Positions 18,029-26,744 of a stretch of DNA of 64,000 bases are shown in pieces. The position numbers and the translations under genes are program-made. The DNA comes from a virus. Each line of letters starts with the position of its first letter. Position 1 is the first letter of the stretch. Location: positions 39,092-103,091 of IMG/VR virus record IMGVR_UViG_3300042923_001092; one strand, given 5' to 3'. The notes under the pieces are model-generated. The model was not told where the DNA came from, made no database searches, and saw nothing but the letters and a program-made list of their open reading frames with translations.

Positions 18029-19075
18029 ATGGAAAACTCAATTCAAAAAATAAATGAATTAAGAAGTGTTATGGGAACTTTACCAGATCAGGACCCGCAG
18101 CTTAAAACTGAATTTATTAAGGGCGTTACTGGAATTTCAGTTGAACTTATCGGAACAGTAGAAAATCCGTATAAGCCGATGTTTATATTAGGGACTACAT
18201 GCTGGGGTAAGAAAGTTAATAAATGGGAAGAAACATTACCCGAACACAGGTTTGAAGTAGTAAAGGCGGCTTTAAGGGGTCAGGCATTACCTCTTGCATT
18301 GGAAACTCCTCAGTTTTCATTTGCTATTGAAGGTCCATCAAGAGCGGCATTTGATCAGATTGCAAGAGCAAGGCTTGGTGTTGTATTTTCTGCCAGAGGT
18401 ATGAGAGATAATAATTGGAAAGACGCTTCAATTCGTATTCCGACTTCTTTGTGGCCTACAAAAAAAGAAGATATTTTGCATGATGAATATCTTCTTGATG
18501 GCAAAAGAAGCGATGAACATAATAATGCTTATATAAAGGTTGAAAACTTTAAAAATATAGAAATTACAATGCTTGAAGTAAAACAACTTTACGCTGATAT
18601 TGTAGATGTTGGAAAAGGTTCTTGGCAGGCTGCAAGGAGCGTATTGCCTTTATATGTAGTTTATGGTTTTTCAATGGGAATTAATTTCCAAGCATTAAGA
18701 AGCTTATGCAGCTCAAGAATGAAATTTTGCGAAATGGAAGATACAGTTGCAGTAGCATGGCTTTTAGCAAAAGCAGTATCTGAAAAATTCCCTTTACTTG
18801 GTTCTTATTTAAGACCCGGATGTGACTGGTCTGGTAAATGTCAGTACCATAAAGCTTATTCTTTATCTGAAATGTTCGGTTGTTTATTTAAAGAATGTGG
18901 CAGAAACGAATGCACCGATACAAATGATTATGCAGAATTTAATGAAACATGTACAAATTATCGTGATCTTGAGGAACAGCTTGGTATTCATATTACAAGG
19001 CCAAATGAGTGGCCTAAATTTGAAAATTTCGATGATTTGTCGGATATAGATAAAGCATTATTTATGCAGGATTAA
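18029..19075 (+). CDS. Divergent ThyX-fold flavoprotein (catalytic motif altered)
   Basis: FSFAIEGPSRAAFDQIARARLGVVFSARGMRD and AARSVLP...INFQALRSLCSSR map onto the ThyX scaffold, but RHR..S....SxRY is not intact. Confidence 0.7.
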   Translation: MENSIQKINELRSVMGTLPDQDPQLKTEFIKGVTGISVELIGTVENPYKPMFILGTTCWGKKVNKWEETLPEHRFEVVKAALRGQALPLALETPQFSFAIEGPSRAAFDQIARARLGVVFSARGMRDNNWKDASIRIPTSLWPTKKEDILHDEYLLDGKRSDEHNNAYIKVENFKNIEITMLEVKQLYADIVDVGKGSWQAARSVLPLYVVYGFSMGINFQALRSLCSSRMKFCEMEDTVAVAWLLAKAVSEKFPLLGSYLRPGCDWSGKCQYHKAYSLSEMFGCLFKECGRNECTDTNDYAEFNETCTNYRDLEEQLGIHITRPNEWPKFENFDDLSDIDKALFMQD

Positions 19076-19079
19076 TTTT

Positions 19080-19117
19080 AAGGTGTGGCTATAGATTAAT
19101 AGTTTATACCACACCTT
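19080..19117 (+). terminator. Stem-loop after ThyX-like gene (terminator or processing site)
   Basis: AAGGTGTGG...CCACACCTT with inner TATAGA/TTTATA pairing. Confidence 0.55.
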
Positions 19118-19186
19118 AATTAACTTATTATAGAAGATTAGTCGCTTTATTTTAATAGTATTAATCTTCTATAATAAGTTAATTAA
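19116..19186. repeat. Perfect 25-bp inverted repeat, 21-nt spacer
   Basis: TTAATTAACTTATTATAGAAGATTA (19116-19140) / TAATCTTCTATAATAAGTTAATTAA (19162-19186). Confidence 0.95.
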
Positions 19187-19210
19187 AATAAAGAAATGGA
19201 GAAATAGATT

Positions 19211-19759
19211 ATGCATGGATTAGGTTTAAGACAAATGATAGAAAATCTTGAAACTTTTATAGTTGAAAAAGGAAAACCTGTTGTTGTAGACAATCAGGGA
19301 ACTATAGAAGTTTTAAATCATAGTTTCAATATTACTTATAATAGTATTATTGATATTGAAGATATACAAAAGCATATGAAAGATTATTATGACGTAAATG
19401 GTATTGATTATTCTAAAATTGAGGAACTTGAAAAAAATGAATATTCGTTAATCGAAAACGAACTTTATAGCAAGTTTGCTTTATTCAATGATGATATTCA
19501 TTCAAGAAGGGTCCTTTGGTCTGATGATTGCTGTATCAGTTTAATTCATTATCTCATCCGGGATAAGAAAATCTATTGCTTTGTTCATTTAAGAAGTTCT
19601 GACATCGTAAATAAGTTATTTTCTGATCTATTTTTAATTCATAAGATAACAAGGCAACTTCAGGATGATCTTGATATTAAAGATGTTAATATTTGTGTAA
19701 ACGGTCACAGCATGCACAAGCTGGTATTAAACAATATGAACAAGTGTAAAAATGAGTAA
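19211..19759 (+). CDS. Short thymidylate-synthase/dCMP-hydroxymethylase-fold protein, dCMP-type Asp
   Basis: DDCCISLIHYLIRD, RSSDIVNKLFSDL, GHSMH correspond to the TS PC, RSxDxxxGxPxN and H motifs, with N replaced by D. Confidence 0.75.
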   Translation: MHGLGLRQMIENLETFIVEKGKPVVVDNQGTIEVLNHSFNITYNSIIDIEDIQKHMKDYYDVNGIDYSKIEELEKNEYSLIENELYSKFALFNDDIHSRRVLWSDDCCISLIHYLIRDKKIYCFVHLRSSDIVNKLFSDLFLIHKITRQLQDDLDIKDVNICVNGHSMHKLVLNNMNKCKNE

Positions 19760-22700
19760 GTTCTGCCCAAAAATTAATGGCCCTGTAGTCTATCTCGATT
19801 GCCTTGAGTGTGACTACAGGGTTTGTGTTAAAGGAGGAAAAGAATTGGCAAAGATAATAAAAAAAATAAAACAACCAGAACAAGAGGTACCAGACAAAAA
19901 GGTAAAAAAAATTAAATCGTCTGAAATAGATGAACAAGTAAAAGAAGCTAAAAAAAATATTCGACAAAAATCAGTACCTGTTATGGAGTCAAAATATTCT
20001 GGTATAATAAAACCAAGAAATGTGGCTATCCCAACTCGAGACCTAATTCAATTTATTCCGGAACATATACATACAGATTATTCAACAAAAGATGCTGCTA
20101 TGTCTATTGATGAATATATTGAGTCACTTAAAGAAATGGGATTTAAAGGTGGTACAATTACTGAACATGGAAATATGTCAAGTTCAGTAAAGTTTTATAA
20201 AGCTATGAAGGCTAATGGGCTTAAACCTATTTTAGGTAATGAAATCTATACGGATGATAATATCGAGCTTAAAATAGAGGCTTCATTAGAAAGGTCAAAG
20301 AGGAAAAAGGACGATGAGGCAGCAGAAGGTGGATATTTGGATGATGAGTATGGTCATCTTGTAGTATTAGCTCCAACTAATGAAGCTTATAATGAATTAT
20401 TATTAACTACTGCTAAAGGATTTAGAGATGGTTTTTATAAGAGGCCAAGAGTTACACACGAATGGATTTTAAATGAAGCTTCAAAACACCAGATTACCAC
20501 TACAGCCTGCCTTGCATCGAAGTTTAATTATTATATAAGGTGCGGCCAGGATAAGGAGGCTAAACAGCTTCTTAGTGATTATAAGTCAGCTTTTGGTGAT
20601 AGGTTTTATGCTGAACTTCATTTTAATGAATTAGAAATACAAAGATATTGTACTAATAAGTTATTAGAATTTTGCAAAGAACTTAAAATACCTTGGATGA
20701 TTGGTCTTGATGCACATTATGCAAAAAAAGAACATGCTGAGTATCATGACTATATGAAAGATATGTTTTATAAGGGTTCATTATCTAAACCATCTTCTTT
20801 AAGATATAATACTAGAGAATTATATCTTAAAAATTCAAATGAAGTTCTTCATTCAGCACTAAAATGGGACTATGGAATTGATCAAAAAGATATAATAATT
20901 GGATTGAATAGAACTAATGAATTATACGATAGAACAACATTTGAAATGGAAATGGGAAAGTTAAGGTTTCCAAAATTTAGTAATGATCCTAATTTTGATC
21001 CAGTAGCAGAGTTAAAAAAGAAATGTATAAGAGGATATAATAAAAGAAAGAAACAAGGATTACTTCCTGCACCGGGATATGCAGATCAAGACTATAAGGA
21101 TAGGTTTAATAAAGAATTTCCAGTAATAGTTAGTAAAGGTTATGCTGATTACTTTTTAATAGTTTCTGAATATACAGATTATTGTGTACAGACTGAATTA
21201 TTTAAAGGTCCCGGAAGAGGTAGTGCTGCAGGTGCTTTGATTTCTTGGTTGCTTGATATTACTAAGATTGACCCTATAAGATATGGACTATTCTTTGAAA
21301 GGTTTCTTAATGAAGAACGTGCTGATCCACCAGATATTGACCTCGATTTTGATTCTGAAAGAAGATTTGAAATTGAAGAACTTTTAATAAGAAAAAATGG
21401 TCCAGAAAAGGTTGCTCACATTATGTCATTTGGTACATGGGGATGTAAAAGTATTCTTGGAGAATTATCAAAAGTATTTGAACTTCCTTGGGGTGTTGTA
21501 GATAAACTTAAAAAATTATGTAATGATGATCAATCGCTGCAGGAAAATATTGATAGAATATTAGGAATAAAGCCAGTTAAAAAGATAAAGAAAGATGGTA
21601 CAGTGCAAGAAATATTTGAAATACCATCTCCAGATATAAAGGAGTTTATTGAGAATAATGAAAAATTCTTTACTGTATGTAAATTTTTTGAAGGTAAAGT
21701 TAGGAACTATTCAATGCATGCTTCTGGTGTAGTTGTAACTCCAGGACCTATGGAAGAACTTGCTCCAATAAACAGAGCTTCTGGGCAAATAGTTACTGGT
21801 CTTCAAGAAGGTGGAGATATAAGAGAAATATCAGATATAGGGTTACTTAAATTTGATATTTTGGGTCTTAATAACTGTACTATAGTTAATAGGACTTTAA
21901 AGTCTATTAAAAGAAGAAAAGGCATAACCATTGATATAGATGCTATTGATCTTGAAGACGATAATTTATTAGAAAGATTTAGAAAAGGGCATACAACGGG
22001 AATATTTCAGTTTGAGTCTACCGGTATTACTAAATTTATGAAAGATATTCAGCCACAAAGACTTGAAGATTTAATTATAGTTAATGCTGCTTATCGACCA
22101 GGTACATTAAGAGCTGGTGGTGTTGATGCTATCATAGAAAATAGGCATTCAGATAATATTGATTATATGCATCCAGCTATTGAAGAAGTTTTAGGTCCAA
22201 CATATAATGTTTTAGTTTATCAAGAACAGCAGATGGCTTTAATGGCTCAAGTTGGTGGATTTACAATGGTTGAAGCTGATAAATCTAGGAAGACTATTAA
22301 GTTAATTAATAAAGCTTCTACTGCTTCACCAGAACAGTTAAAGAAATTTTATGATATGATCGAGCATTTTAAGCAAGGTGCTCATGAAAAAACTGGACTC
22401 TCGCATGAAAAATTACAAAAGCTTGTTGATGCAATGGCTGCGGCTGCTGACTATTCATTTAATAAATCTCATAGTTGTAGTTATGCTATTATAGCAATGC
22501 AGGATATGTATTTGAAGCATTATTATCCAGCTGACTATGCAGCTGCTTTCCTAAGTAGGACTAAAAATGAAGAAAAGAAAGGTAAAGCAGGACATAAGAC
22601 TGGGGAGAACAAAATTGAAAAATATGTAAAAATGGCAATAATTGAAATGGATTTAAACATTGCTCCTCCGGATGTTTCAATTTCTGGAGTAGATTGGATA

Positions 22701-23441
22701 CCTAAAGACGATAAGACTATAATACCTTCATTAACTTTTATTAAAGGTGTTGGTGAAGCTGCAGTTCCTCAAATTGTTAAGCACCAGCCATATGCCACTT
22801 TAGAGTCATTCTTTGAATGTGATATGGATTGGAGGTTAGTTAATAAAAGGGTTGTTGAAGCATTAATCCAGACAGGGTCTTTTAACAATCTATATCCGTA
22901 TAGGAAAACATTATTGGAGGTATATACAAAGTGGAATGCTGCTGGTAAAAAGAACTTTTCAAAAATACTTGAAAAAGTAGAAAATGAAATGGGTCAAGTT
23001 GATATAGACTTTGACGAGGGAATGATTATTGAAAAAGAATTATTTGGATTTTATTTCAGTGCTAATCCATTAGACAAATATAAAGAAATTGTAAAAGAAA
23101 GAGAAATAAAAGAAGTAAGTGACTTAGCAAAAGGTAAGAAATGGAAAAAAGGGACACTTTATGGAATAATTACTAAAGCATTTCCATATAAGATTGCAAA
23201 AGGTAACATGTGTTTTGTAGATATACAAGGAAAAGATGAAACAAAAGCAAATATTACAGTTTGGCCAGAAATATATGAACAATATAAAGATATTATAAAA
23301 GAAGGAAATGTAGTCGCTATAAAAGTCAAACCCGGTAAAGGTAAAAATGATGAACCTTGTTTTTATGTTGATGAAAGCGACGAGCGAAAGAAGGTAATCT
23401 TAATGGAGCAATTATTAAAAATTAAATCAAAGCAACGTTAA
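19752..23441 (+). CDS. dnaE: DNA polymerase III alpha subunit (family C) with PHP domain
   Basis: HIHTDYS, TEHGN, GPGRGSAAG, FERFLN..R.DPPDIDLDF, GLLKFDILGL, YSFNKSHS. Confidence 0.97.
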   Translation: MSKFCPKINGPVVYLDCLECDYRVCVKGGKELAKIIKKIKQPEQEVPDKKVKKIKSSEIDEQVKEAKKNIRQKSVPVMESKYSGIIKPRNVAIPTRDLIQFIPEHIHTDYSTKDAAMSIDEYIESLKEMGFKGGTITEHGNMSSSVKFYKAMKANGLKPILGNEIYTDDNIELKIEASLERSKRKKDDEAAEGGYLDDEYGHLVVLAPTNEAYNELLLTTAKGFRDGFYKRPRVTHEWILNEASKHQITTTACLASKFNYYIRCGQDKEAKQLLSDYKSAFGDRFYAELHFNELEIQRYCTNKLLEFCKELKIPWMIGLDAHYAKKEHAEYHDYMKDMFYKGSLSKPSSLRYNTRELYLKNSNEVLHSALKWDYGIDQKDIIIGLNRTNELYDRTTFEMEMGKLRFPKFSNDPNFDPVAELKKKCIRGYNKRKKQGLLPAPGYADQDYKDRFNKEFPVIVSKGYADYFLIVSEYTDYCVQTELFKGPGRGSAAGALISWLLDITKIDPIRYGLFFERFLNEERADPPDIDLDFDSERRFEIEELLIRKNGPEKVAHIMSFGTWGCKSILGELSKVFELPWGVVDKLKKLCNDDQSLQENIDRILGIKPVKKIKKDGTVQEIFEIPSPDIKEFIENNEKFFTVCKFFEGKVRNYSMHASGVVVTPGPMEELAPINRASGQIVTGLQEGGDIREISDIGLLKFDILGLNNCTIVNRTLKSIKRRKGITIDIDAIDLEDDNLLERFRKGHTTGIFQFESTGITKFMKDIQPQRLEDLIIVNAAYRPGTLRAGGVDAIIENRHSDNIDYMHPAIEEVLGPTYNVLVYQEQQMALMAQVGGFTMVEADKSRKTIKLINKASTASPEQLKKFYDMIEHFKQGAHEKTGLSHEKLQKLVDAMAAAADYSFNKSHSCSYAIIAMQDMYLKHYYPADYAAAFLSRTKNEEKKGKAGHKTGENKIEKYVKMAIIEMDLNIAPPDVSISGVDWIPKDDKTIIPSLTFIKGVGEAAVPQIVKHQPYATLESFFECDMDWRLVNKRVVEALIQTGSFNNLYPYRKTLLEVYTKWNAAGKKNFSKILEKVENEMGQVDIDFDEGMIIEKELFGFYFSANPLDKYKEIVKEREIKEVSDLAKGKKWKKGTLYGIITKAFPYKIAKGNMCFVDIQGKDETKANITVWPEIYEQYKDIIKEGNVVAIKVKPGKGKNDEPCFYVDESDERKKVILMEQLLKIKSKQR

Positions 23442-23466
23442 TTTTTGAATCTATACCAATATAATA
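23437..23466 (+). promoter_or_regulatory. Class II (SigF-like) promoter
   Basis: GTTAA-N15-CAATATAATA. Confidence 0.6.
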
Positions 23467-23487
23467 ATATTATAAAGGAGGTATAAA

Positions 23488-24192
23488 ATGCGAGTTATTA
23501 AACCATCGTTTGAAATTAAACGCAATTTGAGTGGGGAAGAAATTTTAAAGAATATTGAAAGAGCTGGCAGGATTTGTTATAAATCCGAAGATTTAATAAC
23601 TTCAGATTCTGCAAAAAAATTTGTAAAAGGCCTTTTAAATAGAGGCCATGAAGCAATGATCGAACATGCTTTTGCTACCGTTATTATAGTTTGTGATAGA
23701 GGAGTTTCTCATGAAATTGTTCGCCATAGAGTTGCATCATATGCTCAGGAAAGTACAAGATATTGCAATTATGGAAAAGAAAAACATGATCAGGAATTGA
23801 AATTTATTGATATAGGACCAGTTATTGATAGTAAAATTGGTACTACAGTAAAAGATTCAAATGGTGAAAATGTTCTGGTAACAGGTGATTTAGCAGCTTC
23901 ATGGATTATAAGCTGGCTTGATTCAATAGCTGATTCAGAAATAGCATACATGAATATGGTAAATTCAGGATGTCCTGCAGAACTTGCAAGATCAGTTCTT
24001 CCTAATTCAATAAAAACAGAAATAGTTGTCACAATGAATTTAAGAGAATGGCGACATTTCTTTAAGCTTAGGGCTATAGGTACAACGGGAAAACCTCATC
24101 CTCAAATGGTAGAAATAGCTAAACCTTTATTAAGGGAAATGGCTGAATACATACCAGTTGTATTTGACGATCTTATTGAATTGATTAGTTAG
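23488..24192 (+). CDS. thyX: Canonical flavin-dependent thymidylate synthase ThyX
   Basis: GHEAMIEH, EIVRHRVASYAQESTRY, ARSVLPNS, NLREWRHFFKLR. Confidence 0.95.
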   Translation: MRVIKPSFEIKRNLSGEEILKNIERAGRICYKSEDLITSDSAKKFVKGLLNRGHEAMIEHAFATVIIVCDRGVSHEIVRHRVASYAQESTRYCNYGKEKHDQELKFIDIGPVIDSKIGTTVKDSNGENVLVTGDLAASWIISWLDSIADSEIAYMNMVNSGCPAELARSVLPNSIKTEIVVTMNLREWRHFFKLRAIGTTGKPHPQMVEIAKPLLREMAEYIPVVFDDLIELIS

Positions 24193-24202
24193 GAGAAGTC
24201 AT

Positions 24203-24883
24203 ATGGGCGAAGTCATAATTGGTAGTAAAACTAAAAAGGTAATTAAAAGAAGCGACTCAACCATTGAAAAGGAAGAAAAAGACTGGGATGAAGTTACACC
24301 AGAGGATGAGTATCATTATTATCAAACTGATTTAGATAATGAAGATCTTGATGCACCGGTAACTAAGTTTGGGTTTTTAACTAAAGACTTAAATAATCTT
24401 GATATTGAAGATATTTATAAGCATTTAAAAAAGAATATGAAAGTTGGAAAAGATAGATTGGATCCAGATGTATTATCTGAAGCAATTGATTCTGCTCCAG
24501 AATGGTCTTTTAAGGCAACTCAAATTTATCTTATAGCAAAAGAAAGATTGGCAAAGTTTAATGATCTTACCTTTAAAGTTAAATATGCTGACTTATCCAA
24601 TAAAGCATCTGACGAGTTAGAAAAAATGCGTAAAGATAAAAAGTTAAATGGCCAAATAACTAAGGAAAAAATTGAAAACTGGATTGTTGCTAATGTACCA
24701 GAATATAAAAAGTTACTTAGAGAAAAAAGGGAACTTGAAACTGCAGTTGAACTTCTTAAATCTTTAGCAGCTCAGTTTGAAAGTAAAAAATCAATGCTTC
24801 AAACACAAGGACGTTTAGCTGAAAAGAAAAAGTTTGTTGTAACACCAAAAGGAGGTGAGAAAAATAGAGAAGAAGAAGATTAA
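24203..24883 (+). CDS. Helical protein, possibly UvsY-like recombination mediator
   Basis: Coiled-coil pattern ITKEKIENWIVAN.PEYKKL...LKSLAAQFESKKSMLQ; upstream of SSB and recA. Confidence 0.4.
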   Translation: MGEVIIGSKTKKVIKRSDSTIEKEEKDWDEVTPEDEYHYYQTDLDNEDLDAPVTKFGFLTKDLNNLDIEDIYKHLKKNMKVGKDRLDPDVLSEAIDSAPEWSFKATQIYLIAKERLAKFNDLTFKVKYADLSNKASDELEKMRKDKKLNGQITKEKIENWIVANVPEYKKLLREKRELETAVELLKSLAAQFESKKSMLQTQGRLAEKKKFVVTPKGGEKNREEED

Positions 24884-25118
24884 AGCGGTGGTTAATCCAG
24901 ATAAGGAAATGGTAGATGAATATACCCCTTCGTTTGGAGAAACTCAGCCTGATATAACTTTAGTAAAATCTCAATCTTCTGTTCAAATTGAGACTGATTC
25001 TAAAGGCATTAAAAAGTATTCAGTCAAGGTTTATGCAGATAATGCAATGGAAGCTGCTAATAAGGCTTTAGAAATTTCTGAAATGGTTGAACAAAGAATA
25101 AATAAGAAAGAGGATTAA
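24855..25118 (+). CDS. Hypothetical protein
   Basis: Co-directional ORF, RBS GGAGG. Confidence 0.6.
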   Translation: MRKIEKKKIKAVVNPDKEMVDEYTPSFGETQPDITLVKSQSSVQIETDSKGIKKYSVKVYADNAMEAANKALEISEMVEQRINKKED

Positions 25119-25122
25119 AACT

Positions 25123-26334
25123 ATGGCACAAAAATCATTGGGCATGAAAGAATTTATGAAAGATACTAAACCAAAAGGCGGAGATATGGAAAGCCTTGAT
25201 TTGAGAGAAAGGGGTAAAGTTACTGTCTGGCTTCATCCTGAAAGCGGAATTTATAAAAGAGATGCACATTATTTTCCGGTTTATGCTACAGTAATGGACA
25301 ATGATAAAAAAGTTAAAAAGGTTTACAATGCCATGGTTATCCATGAAGATGTAAAAAGCTGCTTGATCTGTCAGCTTAGAAAAGCCCTTAGAGACGACGA
25401 AGATATCGATATGGATGAAATTATACTTCGTGTTGGAGAAGATGACGAAGAAGTCGAATATAATAAAGGTGAAATTATTGGGGCAGAAGGCTATGGCTGG
25501 AAGAAAAACCTTTCTTATAAAACTGAATACTTATTCGGTGTAATTGATAATGATAAGCCGGATAAAGTGTTGAGGTTAACAGCTCCAAAGTCTTTAGGTA
25601 AGAAAATTACTAAAGTAATTGAGGATCAGATCGAAGAAGAAGGAGAAACTGATGGTAATCCTTTTGAAAATCCTTATGCTTTCAAACTTTCTTATGATAA
25701 AGATGCTGATCAGGCGAGCAATATGTACAATGCAATATGGAACAAAGCAAAGTATACAGAAGAAATTCAGGAAATATTAGAGGGCGAAGGTCTTGATCTT
25801 TCTATATTAACTGAAGTTACACCTGAGGCTAAAGTTGCTTATATCATAAGAGAAGCTTTGGTAATTGATCCGGATGACTTAGGTTTAGATCTTTCGGCTG
25901 CAGATGACTTTGACCCTAAAGAACTTGACAGAGTAGGAAATTCAGAAAAGGAAGAAGTATCTGACAAAAAGGAGTCTAAAGATTCTAAGGAAGATAAAAA
26001 ACAAACTAAGGACAATAAAAAAGTTACAAAAGATAAGAAAGTAACTAAAAAAGATAAAGATGATGAAGAAGACGATGATGAAAAAGAGGAGCCTAAGGAA
26101 GATAAAAAGCCTGCTCCCAGCAATAAGAAAGTAATGAAAAGTAAAGTTGCAAAAAAACCTCAGATTGATTGCCCTAATTGCGGAAAAAAGATTGATGAAG
26201 ATGCTACTGAATGCCCGCATTGTGGAGTTGAATTTGAAGATGAAGAAATGATTGAATGCCCATCTTGCGGCAAGGATATTGCAGCTGACAGTCAAAAATG
26301 CCCACATTGTGGTGACGATGTAAGTCCTTTTTAA
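25123..26334 (+). CDS. Putative phage ssDNA-binding/annealing protein with acidic tail and double zinc ribbon
   Basis: Very acidic; C-terminal CPNC-CPHC-CPSC-CPHC and terminal SPF; precedes recA as in other large Firmicute phages. Confidence 0.55.
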   Translation: MAQKSLGMKEFMKDTKPKGGDMESLDLRERGKVTVWLHPESGIYKRDAHYFPVYATVMDNDKKVKKVYNAMVIHEDVKSCLICQLRKALRDDEDIDMDEIILRVGEDDEEVEYNKGEIIGAEGYGWKKNLSYKTEYLFGVIDNDKPDKVLRLTAPKSLGKKITKVIEDQIEEEGETDGNPFENPYAFKLSYDKDADQASNMYNAIWNKAKYTEEIQEILEGEGLDLSILTEVTPEAKVAYIIREALVIDPDDLGLDLSAADDFDPKELDRVGNSEKEEVSDKKESKDSKEDKKQTKDNKKVTKDKKVTKKDKDDEEDDDEKEEPKEDKKPAPSNKKVMKSKVAKKPQIDCPNCGKKIDEDATECPHCGVEFEDEEMIECPSCGKDIAADSQKCPHCGDDVSPF

Positions 26335-26356
26335 TAAGTTTCGGTTCAGTTATTAC

Positions 26357-26383
26357 AAAGCCCCTGAAATATGGGGCTTTTTT
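26357..26383 (+). terminator. Rho-independent terminator
   Basis: AAAGCCCC-TGAAATAT-GGGGCTTT-TTT. Confidence 0.85.
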
Positions 26384-26385
26384 AC

Positions 26386-26415
26386 GTTAATAAGAGACTT
26401 ATTAATGATATAATA
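26386..26415 (+). promoter_or_regulatory. Class II (SigF-like) promoter
   Basis: GTTAA-N15-TGATATAATA. Confidence 0.75.
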
Positions 26416-26435
26416 TAAATAAAGGAGGTAGTTAT

Positions 26436-26744
26436 ATGTGTATTTGTAATCCAAATAATAGAACACCATTTTGTGGTAAACCCGGATGTGAAATGCCTGA
26501 GCGAGAAGCTGGTTGTCTAGAACCAAAGAAGTATGATATTTCAGAAGATCTAGAAAATAGATTTTCTTATCATTCTCCAAAGCCCGATCAAATAGGTAAA
26601 TACGAAAGAATAAGAGATATGGCTAAAGAATTTGCTTACCTAATAAGAGATAATTGCCCAGATTCTAGAGAAGCATCTTTAGCAATTACTAAAATAGAAG
26701 AATCTGTATTTTGGGCTAACGCCAGTATAGCGAGGGAAAAATAA
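26436..26744 (+). CDS. Acb2/Tad1-hairpin-like protein (candidate signalling-nucleotide sponge)
   Basis: NRFSYHSPK.DQ..KYE.IR..AKEFAYLI..NCPDSREASLAITKIEESVFWANASIAR. Confidence 0.65.
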   Translation: MCICNPNNRTPFCGKPGCEMPEREAGCLEPKKYDISEDLENRFSYHSPKPDQIGKYERIRDMAKEFAYLIRDNCPDSREASLAITKIEESVFWANASIAREK

